From Narcine bancroftii (lineage: Eukaryota): a stretch of DNA of 64,000 nucleotides. The stretch is taken from positions 130,758,001-130,822,000 of the forward strand of contig NC_091476.1 in assembly GCF_036971445.1 (NCBI RefSeq), written 5' to 3'. Of the stretch, positions 10,570-24,047 are shown one piece after another. The notes beneath the pieces are model-generated. The model was not told the origin of the DNA and made no database searches. It saw only the letters and a list, made by a program, of their open reading frames with translations. Both the position numbers and the translations under genes were made by a program. Each line of letters begins with the position of its first letter. The first letter of the stretch is position 1.

Positions 10570-13340
10570 ATACCAAGGATCGCCACAGTGTCAAATAAAG
10601 GAAGCAGAAGCAAGAGGAGTTCGAGAACAAGCTCCAGTGTTTCAACTACTGCATCTACACATTTAAAGGTTCAGGTTGACGTGGCAGCACTTGAAGCATA
10701 AAAAGAAATGTTTCAAATTAAATTGGCCTTAGATGAGTGGGAGGAGCAGATAAGAATAAGACCAAAACAGCTACGGAGAGAAGAGGAGCATAGACAGGAG
10801 CAGCTACAGAGAGAAGAAGAGCTAAGACGAGAGCAGTTACGGAGAGAAGAGGAGCAGCTGTGGATGGAAAAGGAGCTGCAGGAGGAGCAGCTAAGGAGGG
10901 AGGAAGTCCAGGTAAAAATGCAATAGGAACTGGGCAAAATAATTGCTGTTAATCAGGCCAGGATGAAGGCACTAGAAGGCTCTGCAGTATCTGGTCCTCA
11001 AAGTAAATTATCTAAAGTGTTTGCCACTGTGGAGCTACGTTTGGAGGAAGGATATTAAAAAAAGATAATATTTAATACCAAGGCTTTGCCAATGCCGCGG
11101 TTACAAGACATGCATGGTCCTGAATTATACAAGTAAAGGCACGTTGATGCCAGTTCTCAAACCCCAATAATGACCCCAATGGACAAAGATGTGAGCCCAA
11201 TGCCATCTTACAAAACAGAATACCACCCACTCCTGATAGGTAATAGAAATCCAGGTGAACAAAGTAACTTTTGCCCGGGCATGACAAGCCAAGATGAAAT
11301 GACTGCATCATTAATTCAGTTATGGACTCTTTCTTCTCTGCCCAAGAGAAAAATTCCAGTTTTTGATGGTGACCCACTTCAATTCCAAGCATTTATGAAA
11401 AACTTTAAATGCAGTATTGAAATTAAGAGCCAAAACTCAGAGGATTGTCTATATTATTTGGAACAGTTCATGAGTGGACAACCACAAGACCTTGTGAAGA
11501 GTTGCTAGCATATGACTCCAAAAAGCTAAGTTCTTACTAACTAAGCATTTTGGCAACAAGCATAAAATTTCTACAGTAAAACCAGATGACATGAGGGTTT
11601 ACAAGTTTACACACTCTTTCTAAGAATATGTTGCAACATCATGATGGAGATCGGCCATCTTAAAAGAGCTTGACATATCTACTAATATCTAATCATTATA
11701 GATAAATTACCCTACCGGATGAAATAACTATAGACAGCTACTTTTGAAGATTTGGTGAAGTTCATTGAAGGGCATGTGGACATTGTCACAGATCCAGTGT
11801 ATGGAAAGGTCAAAGGCACTCAAACAGTGAGTAAAGAAGTTTAGATCTAAATTATACCCTCAACCAAATTTTTAAAAAAATACATTTGCCACCTCACTAG
11901 CAATGAAGGATAAAGAAATTAAGGAAAATGAAAATTTGCCTTATGAAAATAAATCTTTGCTCTGTAATGGAAAAGAAGACACATAGTGAATAATCATTTT
12001 TTGAAAGTAAATTAAATATGTTTTGTCTGTCTGTGTCAAGTAAACATTAGCAAAAACTGCAAAAACTGCTTCGGCTGCAACATATGTAGTTAAAAGTATC
12101 CTAAAATGCTAAATATCTTCCAGGAAAAGAAAACAGAAAAACCAAAAAAGCAGATGAAAACAATGCAGAAGCCTTGGTATTGACATATGGTCCTACTGGG
12201 GCCAGAGGGAACAACTGCAGACTTTTGACACAGATTCCAAGAACTGCTGGTCTTCCTTTGAAGGTTCTTGGTCATCCCTGATGCACTCAGGAAAGTCATT
12301 CTTGAACTTTTAAGAATCAATATCTTGATGATGCTTGTAGTCGATAGATTTTAAACTTTTCTTTTTCCTAATAGTCCATTAGTCAAGGCCAAGAAAGAAA
12401 GTGCAATAAAGCATATTTATCCACTTCTTGACCCAGGAACCACTGTGTCATTTGGCACCATGGGGCTAATGAATGTTTAATTTTCAAGGAAGAAGTACAA
12501 AAATTCTATTGAGAATCTCAGGTCAAGTTAAACACATTGAAACGAACATTGCTTCGGGCCTAGAGATTGCTGGACTGGACAGTAACAATCTTTGTGAACT
12601 TCCAGGCATATACACTCAGAAGACTATGCCTGTGCATAAAAAAATCCCACAACATTGAACCATGGACGCATTTGAAAAATGTTTGTTTATGTAAAATCAA
12701 CTCTAAGAGATCGAGTTCAGATGCACCAAAAGCTCTGGAACCACCAGATATGATAAAGAGTATAGGAGAAGGGCCTTGCGCGGCCAAAGCTATGCTTGGT
12801 TGGATGATTAATGGACTATTAGGAGAAAGAAGAGGTTTAAAATCTATCGACTACAAGTATCAACAAGATATTGATTGTTAAAAGTTCAAGAATGACTTTC
12901 CTGAGTACATCAGGGACGACCAAGAACCTTCAAAGGAAGACCAGCAGCTCTTGGAATCTGTGTCAAAATCTGCTAAGCTGGTTAATGATTATTATTGCAT
13001 TGCATTACCTTTGAAGAAAAGGGAAATATGCATACCCGATAATAGAAGTGTTATCGAACAACAAACACTGAATTTAAAGAGAAGATTCAAGAAAGATACT
13101 TCCTTTCACTCAGACTAAATCATGTGCATGTCTAATGATACACAAAGGATGTGAACAAAAAGTTTCAGATGATATATTGGAACATGGTAATGGCAAAAAA
13201 AATGGTACTTACCACACCATGGGATTGTGCATCCGCTTAAGAAAAAAAACTGTGTGAAGCAACCTTTTGAGGGGGTTTCACTAAATTCCCAACTCTTTAC
13301 TAGTAACATTACACTGTCTTTAATAAAAGCACCCATTACA
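10570..13340 (+). mobile_element. BEL/Pao LTR retrotransposon internal region (gag, protease, start of RT), degenerate
   Basis: Ser-rich and EQLRREEE coiled-coil gag; LPKRKIPVFDGDPLQF...LYYLEQF (DUF1759-like); Cys/His knuckle at ~12020-12110; protease LLDPG; APKALEP...LGWMING; WYLPHHGIVHP. Confidence 0.88.
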
Positions 13341-13777
13341 TTCTGCCATCAATTTACATTATCCAAGAGTTTTCAGTGAATGTTCAAGCAGCTGATGGGA
13401 GGAGCAGGATGAAAACATTTCAAACAATTGGGTCAATATCTCCATTTAAAATAAAATTCATTGTAACATCGAGACTTTGCGGTAATATCATTAACACTAT
13501 CTGTGGCTGATACTAAAGTTCCTTATCATTCATCATCCAGTGAGCTAATTAAACAGCATCTGTGGAAAGAGAAACAGTTAGATTCAAATTAACGACCTAC
13601 GCTTGTGTTTCAGATTTCCAGCGTCTGCGGTATTTTGGGTTTGTATTTCAAGGTTCTTGCCCTGGAACCTGTACATCACACTGCAGAAAGCGAAATGAAC
13701 TTGCAAGGAAACCATGCACATTCACAGTTACATCAAGGCATTAGTCATATCCATGCATTAGTCAGACAGTTACCTAC

Positions 13778-13981
13778 CTATAGCCTGTGCTTGTGTAACC
13801 ATTGTAACAAGTGGAGTCAAATGTATGCACATCACTCAGAATGAACTCAGCTTCAGCAGCCATGGCAACTATTTGCCAGCTGTTGTGCCAATTTCGTGTT
13901 GGTTGATCAGCGCCAGTCCCTCCTTGCCCTCTACACAGGGTGACGTGCACATCGCCTTTCGCAGTGAGAATGCCTGCACAA
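13778..13981 (-). CDS. FDXACB1: FDXACB1 coding exon 4 (CAGILTAKGDVHVTLCRGQGGTGADQPTRNWHNSWQIVAMAAEAEFILSDVHTF...STGY)
   Basis: Not in the ORF track; translated by hand. ttttccag acceptor, GTAGGT donor, 204 nt, conserved GQGGTxAD and WHNSWQ motifs. Confidence 0.95.
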
Positions 13982-14309
13982 CTGGAAAAAAGTCAGTTGC
14001 TGTTGTTACTGTCTCCCAAAAAAAATAACATTCAGCTGTGAAGGGAAGGAAAGCAAAATGCCACATTAAACAAGCTTAAAGACACTTAATATCCAAGGTG
14101 AAAGTGCAACCCAAAATAAAGGACAGCCCAAAAACTACAAATGAGTGATGCAGTTCAGCAAAGTTTTGATGTTAGAAGCATGAAATTCTATGTTCTCATT
14201 CTAGGCTACATTGAGACAACTGTTTGACAGGAAGTTTTCCATCTCATCCCTAGGCAACTGGCCTGAAAATCCCAAAATACAGAGTGTTTGCAAACAATGA
14301 GTTTCAAAG

Positions 14310-15985
14310 AATGGCAAGTCAAGAATATAGAAGGAATATCCTTCAATGTCAGCAAGACTAAGAAGCTGGTCATCAACTTCGCGACCCCATCCACAATCAT
14401 TGTGGTGAGGTGGAGATAGAATACAGCTTGTGGTTCTGAGAAGTAAACATCTGGTCAAACTATGACAGTGTGATGGCAGCACCTCTACTTTCACAGAAGC
14501 CTGAGGAAATTCAGTGTGTCACCGGATTTCTACAGACACATGATCGAAGATATATCCTGTTAGAATGCATCACTGTGTGGGTGAGAAACTGCTTCACTAC
14601 TCAAGACCACAAGAAGTAGCAGGGAGTTGTGAATGCATTCAGACCTCCATCACACAAACATACCCCCTCCATCAGCTATACTTCCTGCTGCCTTGGAAAA
14701 GCAGCCAATATATTAAAAGATTCATCCCATCCTGGCCACTCTCTTTTCACTCTCCTCCCATTGGGAAGATTATTAAATAGAGTGAGATCACACACCACCA
14801 GATCCAAGGAGAGTTTCTTTCCTGCCATCATTAGGCTCCTGAATGTTTCTGACATTAGTAAAACAATGTTACGTTTGCTCTGCACTAACTGATCTCTCTC
14901 TTTTACTGATATACTATGTATAGGGGGTGAATTGGTGTCATAATAAACCACTTGCAGAACAAAGCTAGTGGTGAAAATGGCTCTGAGCTGATCACAACTG
15001 TCTTTTGCACAGAATGTCTACGTCTTGGAAGAACCTTATCTCAGACCATTCCATTGATTATGAAAGCAACCGCAAGTCCTGTCATACTGAGCACTGGGTG
15101 CATCTCAAGGCTGTGTGCTCAGTTCCTACTCAGGCTGCTGACTCATGACTGCACCACCCGAATCAGTTCAAACAGAATCATTAAGTTTGCAGGAGACACA
15201 ACAGAAGTTGGCCTCATTGGCAACAATGATGATTGGGCTCACGGAGAGGAGACAGAAGGTCTGTAAAATGATGTGAGAACAATAACTTGAGCGTCAATGT
15301 AAACAAGACAAAGGGGATCATTGTGAACTTCAAGAGGACGAAAACCAACCATTCTCCATTACACATCAATGGTTCAATTGTGGAGAGGGCAAAAAGTTTT
15401 TTGGTGTGTATATGAAGAATGATCTATCCTGGACCCACAATAGCTCCTCATTAGTCATGAAGGCACAGCAGTGCCTACACTTCCTAAGAAGTATGAGGAG
15501 GGCAAGGCAACTGGCCCCACATCTTGACACCTTTGTCCAGAAGCACAACTAAGAGTGTCCTGTCTGGCTGCATCATTGTATGGTAGCTGCAAAGCATTGA
15601 ACTGGAAATCAATGCAGAGGATCATCAAAATGGCCAAGAAGATCATTGGGGTCTCCCTTTCTTCAACATTTACCAGGGGTGATGCTTAATTAGGGCTCAA
15701 AAAATTACGGAAAAACTTTCCATGCTACATTACAGTTTCTTCGACCACTATAACCAGGAAGGAACAGGAGCATCAAAATCAGGACTGCCAGGCTGGGAAA
15801 TGGCTTCTTTGCACAAGTTGTGAGATTGATGAACAGTATCCTGTAATGAGTAAATAATCACAAAACATTGACATATTTACTTTAAATTTTATCTTGATGC
15901 AGATATGTTAATTATTATGTGCTGTGTATGCTTGTGCACCGTGATCCAGAGAAATGTTGTTTCATCAGGTTGTATATGCAGTCAG
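14310..15985 (+). mobile_element. Two adjacent degenerate Rex-Babar-like LINE 3' fragments
   Basis: KAANILKDSSHPGHSLFTLLP...SFFPAIIRLLN; LLTHDC...IIKFAGDTTEVGLI; ends in a short gaactt-like tail. Confidence 0.75.
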
Positions 15986-17168
15986 ATGATAAACCTGAAC
16001 TTGACCCAAACGGCAACTTACTTTGCACTACAAATTCAGAATGAATGCAACGGAGGTTTTAAATAATGAATAGTTTCCCCTGCTTATACTTTTTTTAAAA
16101 GGTAACAAAATACCTATTTTCATGTATATTTCATGTAGTCAAAATATAAAAATCATATAACTTTACGATATTTTTCAGTTTTTTGATGAATATTGACTTG
16201 AGAAATTTCAGCCTATTTGTTGCTGAAAAAAGGTAATTATTAATTACAGAAACACCATTTAGTCATACAGTAATTTATTCATAAAAAATGTTGTCCAGTG
16301 TTCTTAAAATTAGTTGCAATTTGACTTAGTGCAGAGGTATGCAAGAGACGAGCACAAAATGCCAGCCAATGGTATTTTCATGTCAAATGACACAAAGCTC
16401 ATTATAGCAATGATCCGTCATGATTGCCGTCCTTGATGAAATCTTTAAAATCTTTTCCTCGAATATTTTTCTGCAACATTGATGCTGTTTCCTGCACTCA
16501 TTCAGAAATCAGCGTTTCCTACTTTTGCTGTCAAGTTCCATCCTACTCTCACCTTTAGAATCCATCTCTGATTCTTCCCTTACCCTCTCCTGCCTCCACC
16601 TCAGAAGATCAACTAGCTACAATAATGCAAGCTCCACACCAATCGAACCTGAATCAAAGAATCTGAACGCTGTGCCACTGTACTGAGCAGGTTATCACAT
16701 GTGATCGCATGGCATTATTTATTTTTAAGGGAGGCCAATAATTACACCCAGACACCCTGATTAATATTTATCCCTTAACCAAACTTAATTAATTAGATTA
16801 TCTGGTTGTTATTACAAAATTGTGTCTGGGAGCATGCACAAGTCAAAGTAGTGGCATTGTTTGGTGTAATCACAATATCTCATTTGCTGAAGTACATTAA
16901 GAAGTTCCCAAGAGACAACGCAGGTACCACATCAAGGTAGGTCCTAATTTCTCTGCCTTCCTCTTTCTATTATACACTCCATTGACACTAATACATTCCA
17001 GTTCAAGATGTTCTGATGGTCCACAAATACAGAACATGGGATTAAGTCATCAAGTAAAGCCACACAATGAAAACATTCCTCAGAAGAACTAACTTGGGGA
17101 AAAAGTTAAAATCCTCTGTAAACGATGGACTCCAAGCAGAGAAGTGTGTGCACCAGCTTCACACTTAC

Positions 17169-17325
17169 CTCCTAAAAAATTTAGCCAAAAGCTCTCTGTT
17201 CATTTTCACTCCAGCCTTTCTGCCATAATGAGGGAAGTTAAAGATAATCCTGTCAAACAGTCTGCTGCTTAAGGATGGACATCGCTGGAGGTTGGTACAG
17301 TCCACAAGGAAGTACACTTCTGCTC
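17169..17325 (-). CDS. FDXACB1: FDXACB1 coding exon 3 (AEVYFLVDCTNL...FDRIIFNFPHYGRKAGVKMNRELLAKFF)
   Basis: cttag acceptor and GTAAGT donor; 157 nt; carries the FNFPH motif of the DUF2431/Bmt5-like domain. Confidence 0.95.
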
Positions 17326-17949
17326 CTAAGGAAAGGATTGCAAAGAGCATTGCATTCGAAAGGTACATCTCCTGTATGTATTAAATCATAGATTTAAACC
17401 AGATCTGTTGACCATTTTGTTATAAAATTGATTGGGAAGGATTAAAATGAAATATTAGAGAAATGCTCTAATTTGTTCTGATGAAATGTCATCAGTCCAA
17501 AATTATAGCCAGATTTTGTGAAGATAACAACATGCACACCATCATTGTGTCAGGTAGACAGCAACTTCTGCTCCAAGCAGGCCGAGTTCAACAGGGAAAT
17601 CCCCAGATCACAAACTTCACTAGGATCAACAAAAATCATTTCAAATGTCACAAAGTTCATATATTTACAAACTAGTCCTGAAAATGCCACTCCATCACGA
17701 GGATTCAATAAGTTCCAAAATGAAATGCCAAAGCAAAATTGCTCCTTAAGAATCTTTCTGGCCTTGCTGAATGTTTTCAACATTTTACATTCCAGATGTA
17801 AAGCATAAAGTGCTGGAAACATTGAGATTGGCAATATCCATGGTAAGGGAATTAGAAGCATCTGATGGGTTTGGAAAGATAACAGTGACAAATCTTTTTT
17901 GAATACAATTGACACTAGAAAGTTTTGCAGTTTGAATAAATTATTTATC

Positions 17950-20900
17950 TTTTGGAAAAAAAGTAAGAAGTTGGAGAGATAAAGCATTTGACAAGGTACC
18001 CCATCTGAAAAAGTCATGAGGCATGGAATCCACAGAACCCTGGCCGTGTGGATTAAAATCTGGCTTGCACGTAGAAAGCTAGAGAGTAGTTGTGAACAGA
18101 AAATATTCTGCTTGGCATCTGTTCTAGGGCCCTTGCTCTTTGTGATTTTTATAAATAACTGAGATGAAGAGGCAAAAGGATGGGCTAGTAAGTTTGCAGA
18201 TGATAAAAAGGATGGAGCAGTTGTGGACAATGCTGACCATTGTCATAGGTTATAAAGATTATATAGACAGGATACAGAGTTCGGCAGAAAAGTGATAGAT
18301 GGTATTCAATCCAGATAAGTGTGAGGTAATGCATTTTGAAAGGTCAAACCAGAAGTCTGAGTACGGAGGAACCTTGGGGTCCAAATCAAAATCTCTTAAG
18401 ATTACCATGCAGGTTGATAGGAGGCCTATGGGATGCTGGGCTTCATTAATAGGGGGACTTAGTTCAAGAATCAAGAGATCATGTTACAACTCTGCAAATC
18501 TCTTGTCACCTCATTATAGGAAGGATGTGGAAGCTATGGAGAGATTGTAGAGGAGATTTACCAGGATATTGCCTGGATTGGAAAGTAAGTCTTAAGAGTC
18601 AAGATTAGCAGAGAGGAGTCAAAAATCAGTATTCTTCAGGGAGAAAGATTGAAGGCAGATATTCTGGAGGATGTTCACATCAAGAAGGAGGAAATGTGAC
18701 AAAAACTGTAACACAGTAGGATCAATAAATCCTCAGGGTCTGGTGGGATCAGTTCTACCATGCGAACAGAAGCAAGCGAGGAGAGTACAGGGACTCTGAT
18801 GGAGATGTCTGCATCTTTGTTAGCAGGGGTAAGAGACCAGATGAGAGTCAATGTTGTCCCCTTATTTAAATGTGAGGTTATCCACTTTGGTGACAGGAAC
18901 AGGAAGGCAGATTATTATTTAAATGGAGTCAAGCTTGGGAGTGGGGAAGCGCAATGTGATCTAGGTGTACTTGTACATCAGTCACTAAAAGCTAGCATGC
19001 AGGTTGAACAAGCTGTGAAAAAGGCAAATGGCATGTTGGCCTTCATAAAAAGGAGAATAGAGCATAGGAATAAAGTTGTTCTACCGCAGTTGTATAGAGC
19101 CCTGGTGAGATCACACCTGGAGTATTGGGTCCAGTTCTGGTCTCCTAATTTGAGGAAGGACATTCTCACTATTGAGGGAGTGCAGCGTAGATTCACAAGA
19201 TTAGTTCCCGGGATGGTGTGATTGACATGTGCCGAAAGGTTGGATAATCTGGGGTCATAGATGTTGTAATTTAGAAGGATGAGGGGAGATATGATGAAGT
19301 ACACAAGATTATTAAGGAATTGGACACAATAGAAACTGATTATGTGTGCCTAATGTTGGGGGAGACTAGGACTAGAGGCCATAGTTTAAGAATACAGGGA
19401 TACAGGAATTCAGGAATTTAGGTCAGAGATGAGAAAAAAAACCCAGCGAGTTGTTGGTTTGTGGAATGCTTTGATGCAGAGGGTGATAGAGGCAGTTTTT
19501 CTGCATAAGTTCACGAGGGAGTTAGATAAGGTTCTTGTGGACATGGGAATTAAGGGTCATGGGGAAAAGGCAGGGACAGGGTACTCATAGTGGAAGAAAA
19601 GCCATGATCTAAATGAATGGCTCAATGGGCCTAATGGCCTACTCAAGCTCCTACTATTTATAGCACAAGCCTGGAAACTACAGGTCGGTAAACCCAAGAT
19701 TAGAGGTAAGGAAGTTATTATAGAAGATTCTGAGACAGGATTTATGAACACTTGGAAAAGCAAAGTTTGATTAGAACTTAGCATGGTTTTGTACAGGAAA
19801 GATCATATCTTATAAATCTGCTTGTGTTTTTGAGGAGATAACTAAGAAAATTGAAGTAGAAGTAGTTGACATGGAGAAACACAAAAACTGTAGATCCTGG
19901 AATCTTGACGAAACAATGAGCTGCTGGATGGACTCATGCAGCATCCATGGTCCTGAAACATGGACTGATCATTTCTACCCCTGGATGCAGCCAGACCTGC
20001 CAAGATTCTGCTGCAGTTTACTTGGACTGACTGAAGGTGTTTTTTTTTTCATGGTAGGCTAGTCCAGAAGGTTAGGGCACATGGGATCGATATGGTGACA
20101 GCAAATTGGATCCAAAATTGGCTTTATGGAAGAGGCAGAGTCAGGTTAGTGCTGGAGGGAGGGTTGGGTGGGGTTTCTTCACCAGTGGTGTACTACAGGG
20201 TTAGTACAGGGACCATTGTTTGAAATATATATAAATTACTTGGATAAGAAGGTAGGGGTTCTCTTTAGTAAATTTACAGGCAGCGCCAAAATTGATGCCA
20301 TCACAGATAATGAAGAGCATTGTCAAAAGATACAGCAGGGCATTGATCAACTAGAAAGTTGTGCAGAGCAGCGGCAGATGGAAATTAATCTGAACTACTG
20401 TGAGCGAATGGACTTTAGAAAGTCATATTCTGATGGAACGTCCACAGAACATGGCAGCGACCTTAGGAGTGTTAATGTACAGAAGGACCTTGGTGCAAGT
20501 CCATAGTCATTGAAACTTGCAATCTCAGTGGGAAAGGTAGTGAAGAAAGCATTTTGGTATGTTTAATCAGCCAATGCAATAAGTATAAAAATTAAGCCAA
20601 TATATTGTAGCTACACAGAACATTGGTTGGCTGACACTTGGAGCATTGTGTACAGTTCTGATCACCCCTTGATATGAAGGATGAATAGAGAAGGTAAAGA
20701 ATGAATTCCCAAGGATGTTCCCTGGATTGGAGGGCTGTAATTATTAGGAAAGATTGGATTGGCTAGGTTTACTCTTATTGGAATATTGGAGGTTTATAAA
20801 TTATGATGAACAAAGATAAGGTGGATACCACATCTTCTTCCCTCAGCAGGTGAATCTGGGACTACAGAACACAAGTTTAAGGGGCAAATTTTTTACTCCT

Positions 20901-21090
20901 TCCCCCCCCCCCTCCCCTCACAAAGACTGTTAAATATTTGGAACGAGCAGATAAAATGACAACATTTAAGAGGCATTTGGACAGGTATTTACAAAATGAG
21001 TGAAGAGATACTGGCAATGGAATTAGCACAAGATCAAGGTTGGCTTGAAGAAGCTGGGCCAAGAGGGTCCCATCTCTGTGCTGTATGATT
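17950..21090 (+). mobile_element. Cluster of nested CR1 LINE fragments
   Basis: Repeated FNxxKCEVxHF, LYRALVRSHLEYxVQFWSP and VQRRFTRL motifs; a less decayed copy at ~18870-19660 interrupts an older one. Confidence 0.88.
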
Positions 21091-21744
21091 CAAAACAAAG
21101 ACAAATTATTAACTAATGGGAGGAAGACTGAAAATGAGCAGTTCAGAGGTATTTAGGAGTTTGTAGTGCATGAATCACAAGAAGCTAGCTGGTAGGTCCC
21201 ACAACCAGTTAAGATGACAAGCAATATGTTAGCCTTTAGAATCATACAATCATAGAGATCTACAGCATGGAACCAGGCCCTTGGGCCTAATGTCCATGCC
21301 AACCAACTTGTCTAACTTGCCAACATTTGGCCCACATCTCCCTAAAAGTTTCCTATCAATGTACCTGCCTAAATGTCTTCTGAATGTCATAACTATCCTC
21401 TGGCAGCTCATTCCATATATCTATCACCCTATGTGTGAAGAATAGGCCCCTCAGGTCGCTTTAAAATCTTCCATGTCCACTAGCTTTAGATCCTGGGAAA
21501 AAGGCTCTAATTATATTCCTTATCTTTACTCAACATAATTTTATAAACTTCTATAATATCCACTCCCAACCTCCAGAAAAATTTTAGCCTATCCAACTGT
21601 CCTTGTCATTCATAGACCATTAAAGCATAGAATGTGTCTGTGCCAAATATGATGCCAGAGTTCAAATGAAACTCTGATCCTTGCACATGATTCATATCCC
21701 TCTATTCCCTGTATATTCATGTGCCTATCTAGCAGCCTCTTAAA

Positions 21745-22204
21745 TACTACTCCGATTATCCAAAATCGAATTCTCCAAAATCATCACTTATCTGAATTTT
21801 TTTTTCTGGAGCCAAACTGACTGGGGACATCGGGATCACAGTGGCGGCAGTAGCAGACCTTGGGCTCCCAGTGCTAGCAGTGGACCTCGGGTGCCTGGTG
21901 GTAGCAGCAGCGGATCTCAAGCTCATGACAGCAGTGGGGACCTCAAGCTCCTGGGCAGCAACGGGACCCTCAGGTTCCCGGCATGAGCGGGGCCTCGGTG
22001 GGGGAAGTATCAGTGATCTGCGGAGCCCAGCATTTTTTTTGGTGAGAATTAAAATATATTTTAATAGTTTAAAAACCCTTACCTTGTTGTTTGATGTTGT
22101 ATAAACATTGTTACAATTGATTAACATTGTACTGGGCTGTATTTAAAAATGACCAGTACTTCGAAAAAAAACATTTATCCGAAATAGATAAGAGTTATAC
22201 TCTA
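21745..22204. mobile_element. Tc1/mariner (Tigger-like) MITE with an internal GC-rich degenerate minisatellite
   Basis: Left end tactactccgattatcc and degraded right end gataagagttatactcta; ~5 related gcagc..gacct units at 21840-21990; it interrupts a minus-strand CR1 3' end. Confidence 0.55.
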
Positions 22205-22780
22205 CTTCTACCAGGCACCTACCTCACTCCATGTTAAAAAAAAACACACCCCCATCACCCACTTACTTTACCTTAAACACATGTCCTCTAGCATGAAAGG
22301 GTTAGCAAATAAAGAGTGTATTACAGCTCTTAGCCTGTATTTGTGGGAATTTAGGAGAATGAGGGAGGATCTCATCGAGACATTTTGAATGGTGAAAGGC
22401 ATAGACAGAATAGATGTAGAAAGGATGTTCCCCATGGTGGGAGCATCTAGGATAAGGGCACAACTTAAGGGTGTCTGCTAAGAAGAGAAATGTGTAGTGT
22501 AAGAATTTCTTCTGCAAGAGTGGTAAATCTGTGGATTTTTTTTGCCACAGGCAGTTGTGGAGGCTAGGTCTTTGATGCCATGGCTAATCAAGAAACTATC
22601 TCTCTCTTAAATACACCCAAAGGTTATGGGGAGAAGGCCGGGCAGTCGAGCTGAGTGGGAAAATGGATCAGCTCATGATTGAATGGAAGGGCAGACTCGA
22701 TGGGCTGAATAGCCTATTTCTTGTGGTCTTAATTTTACTTTGCTGAGAAGATTCTGACTCTCCACCTTATTAGCTTTTAA

Positions 22781-23020
22781 TTTTTTTTTTAATTTAGACA
22801 TACAGAACGGTTACAGACCATTTCGGCCCACAAGTCCATGCCACCCAATTTACACCCAATTAACCTACAATCCCCAGTATGTTTCGAACAGTAGGAGGAA
22901 ACCAGAGCCTCTGGAGGAAACCCATGAGGAGAACATACAACCTCCTTACAGACAGCACATGATTCAAACTCTGGTCCCGATCGCTGGCGTTGCACTAACC
23001 ACGACGCCAACTGTGCCACC
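22781..23020 (-). mobile_element. tRNA-derived SINE
   Basis: Pol III A-box-like and B-box-like (gagtttgaatc) head on the minus strand, conserved body, A-rich tail. Confidence 0.85.
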
Positions 23021-23284
23021 CTTTTAAACAATGTCTCACTTAATTTTATGAATCTTTATCAGGTCTTCCATCAGCCTCCTATTCTCTCGAGAAAACAACT
23101 CAAGTTTGTTCAATTTCTCCCCGTAACTCATATCCTCTAAACCAGGCAACATCCTGGTAAATCTGTACCTTTCCAAAGCCTCCAGATACTTCCTGCAATA
23201 GGGCAATTAGAATTGTAGCCTAACCAAACTTTTACACAGCTGCAACATGCAATATAGATCAGACATCACAGAAACACAGGAAAA

Positions 23285-23520
23285 GCACGGTTAGTGTAGC
23301 GGTTAGCGCAACGCCTTTATGGCACCAGCAATCTGGACCAGGGTTTGAATCCCGCATTGTCTGTAAGGAGTTTATACGTTCTCCTTGTGACTGTGGATTT
23401 TCCCCGGGGGCTATGATTTCAAAATCTATCGTTGGTGTAGGTTAATTGGGCGGCATGGACTTGTGGACTGAAATGGGCTGTTATGGTGCTGTATGTCTAA
23501 ATTTTTTAAAAATTAAATTT
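23285..23520 (+). mobile_element. tRNA-derived SINE, same family, opposite orientation
   Basis: gcacggttagtgtagcggttagcgc (A box), gggtttgaatccc (B box), and the 3' end gctgtatgtctaaa shared with the 22781-23020 copy. Confidence 0.85.
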
Positions 23521-23857
23521 AAAAGGAACATGGCAATGTCACCAAGCTAATTGTGTTACTGTAGAAATTAAAATTTATGGCATTTGCCTGGATTCCATTT
23601 AAAATTACTTTGAAGTTACTGCACATTTTAACAAATTTACATGTATGTAAACTCCCATGCCTCTGACTGTCCAAAATCAATATTTTTAACATTATTTTTC
23701 AACAATTATGCATTATTTTAGTGAAAGTGATTTCACTTGAAAGATGCTGCTCAACTTTATCTTTTGGATGCTTGCTGACTTGCTCTGTAGTTCCAGTTTT
23801 CATGGGCTTACAATTCTTACACAGCATCTTCTCTCTTCCCCAGTGGTAATACCTTAC

Positions 23858-24047
23858 CTTTCTCCAATAAGAAGTTAACATTACTGACCGCATGTTCATG
23901 CTTGGTTATTACTTCTTCACTCTCATAGCAAGTAGCAACGATCTGGGTGTTGCTGGACACACAATCACATAGGGAGGCAGAAAAGGAGAAATTCCCCTCT
24001 CCCACAAGCAGGATGCTGCCTCCGATTTTCATTTTTATCTTTTCATT
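23858..24047 (-). CDS. FDXACB1: FDXACB1 coding exon 2 (NEKIKMKIGGSILLVGEGNFSFSASL...FLLEK)
   Basis: LLVGEGNFSFS SAM-binding-type motif of DUF2431/Bmt5; tttacag acceptor at 24048 and GTAAGG donor; internal ATG at 24032. Confidence 0.93.

Noticed and set aside
10708-10926. Trichohyalin-like EQLRREEE ORF as a host gene
   Set aside because: It is embedded in the BEL/Pao gag coiled-coil region and flanked by stops and frameshifts.
21840-21990. CRISPR-like repeat array
   Set aside because: This is a degenerate minisatellite inside a MITE in vertebrate DNA, with no unique spacers and no cas genes.
23285-23360. tRNA genes at the SINE heads (also ~22950-23020 and ~53140-53212)
   Set aside because: A and B boxes are present, but there is no intact cloverleaf and each continues into a SINE body.
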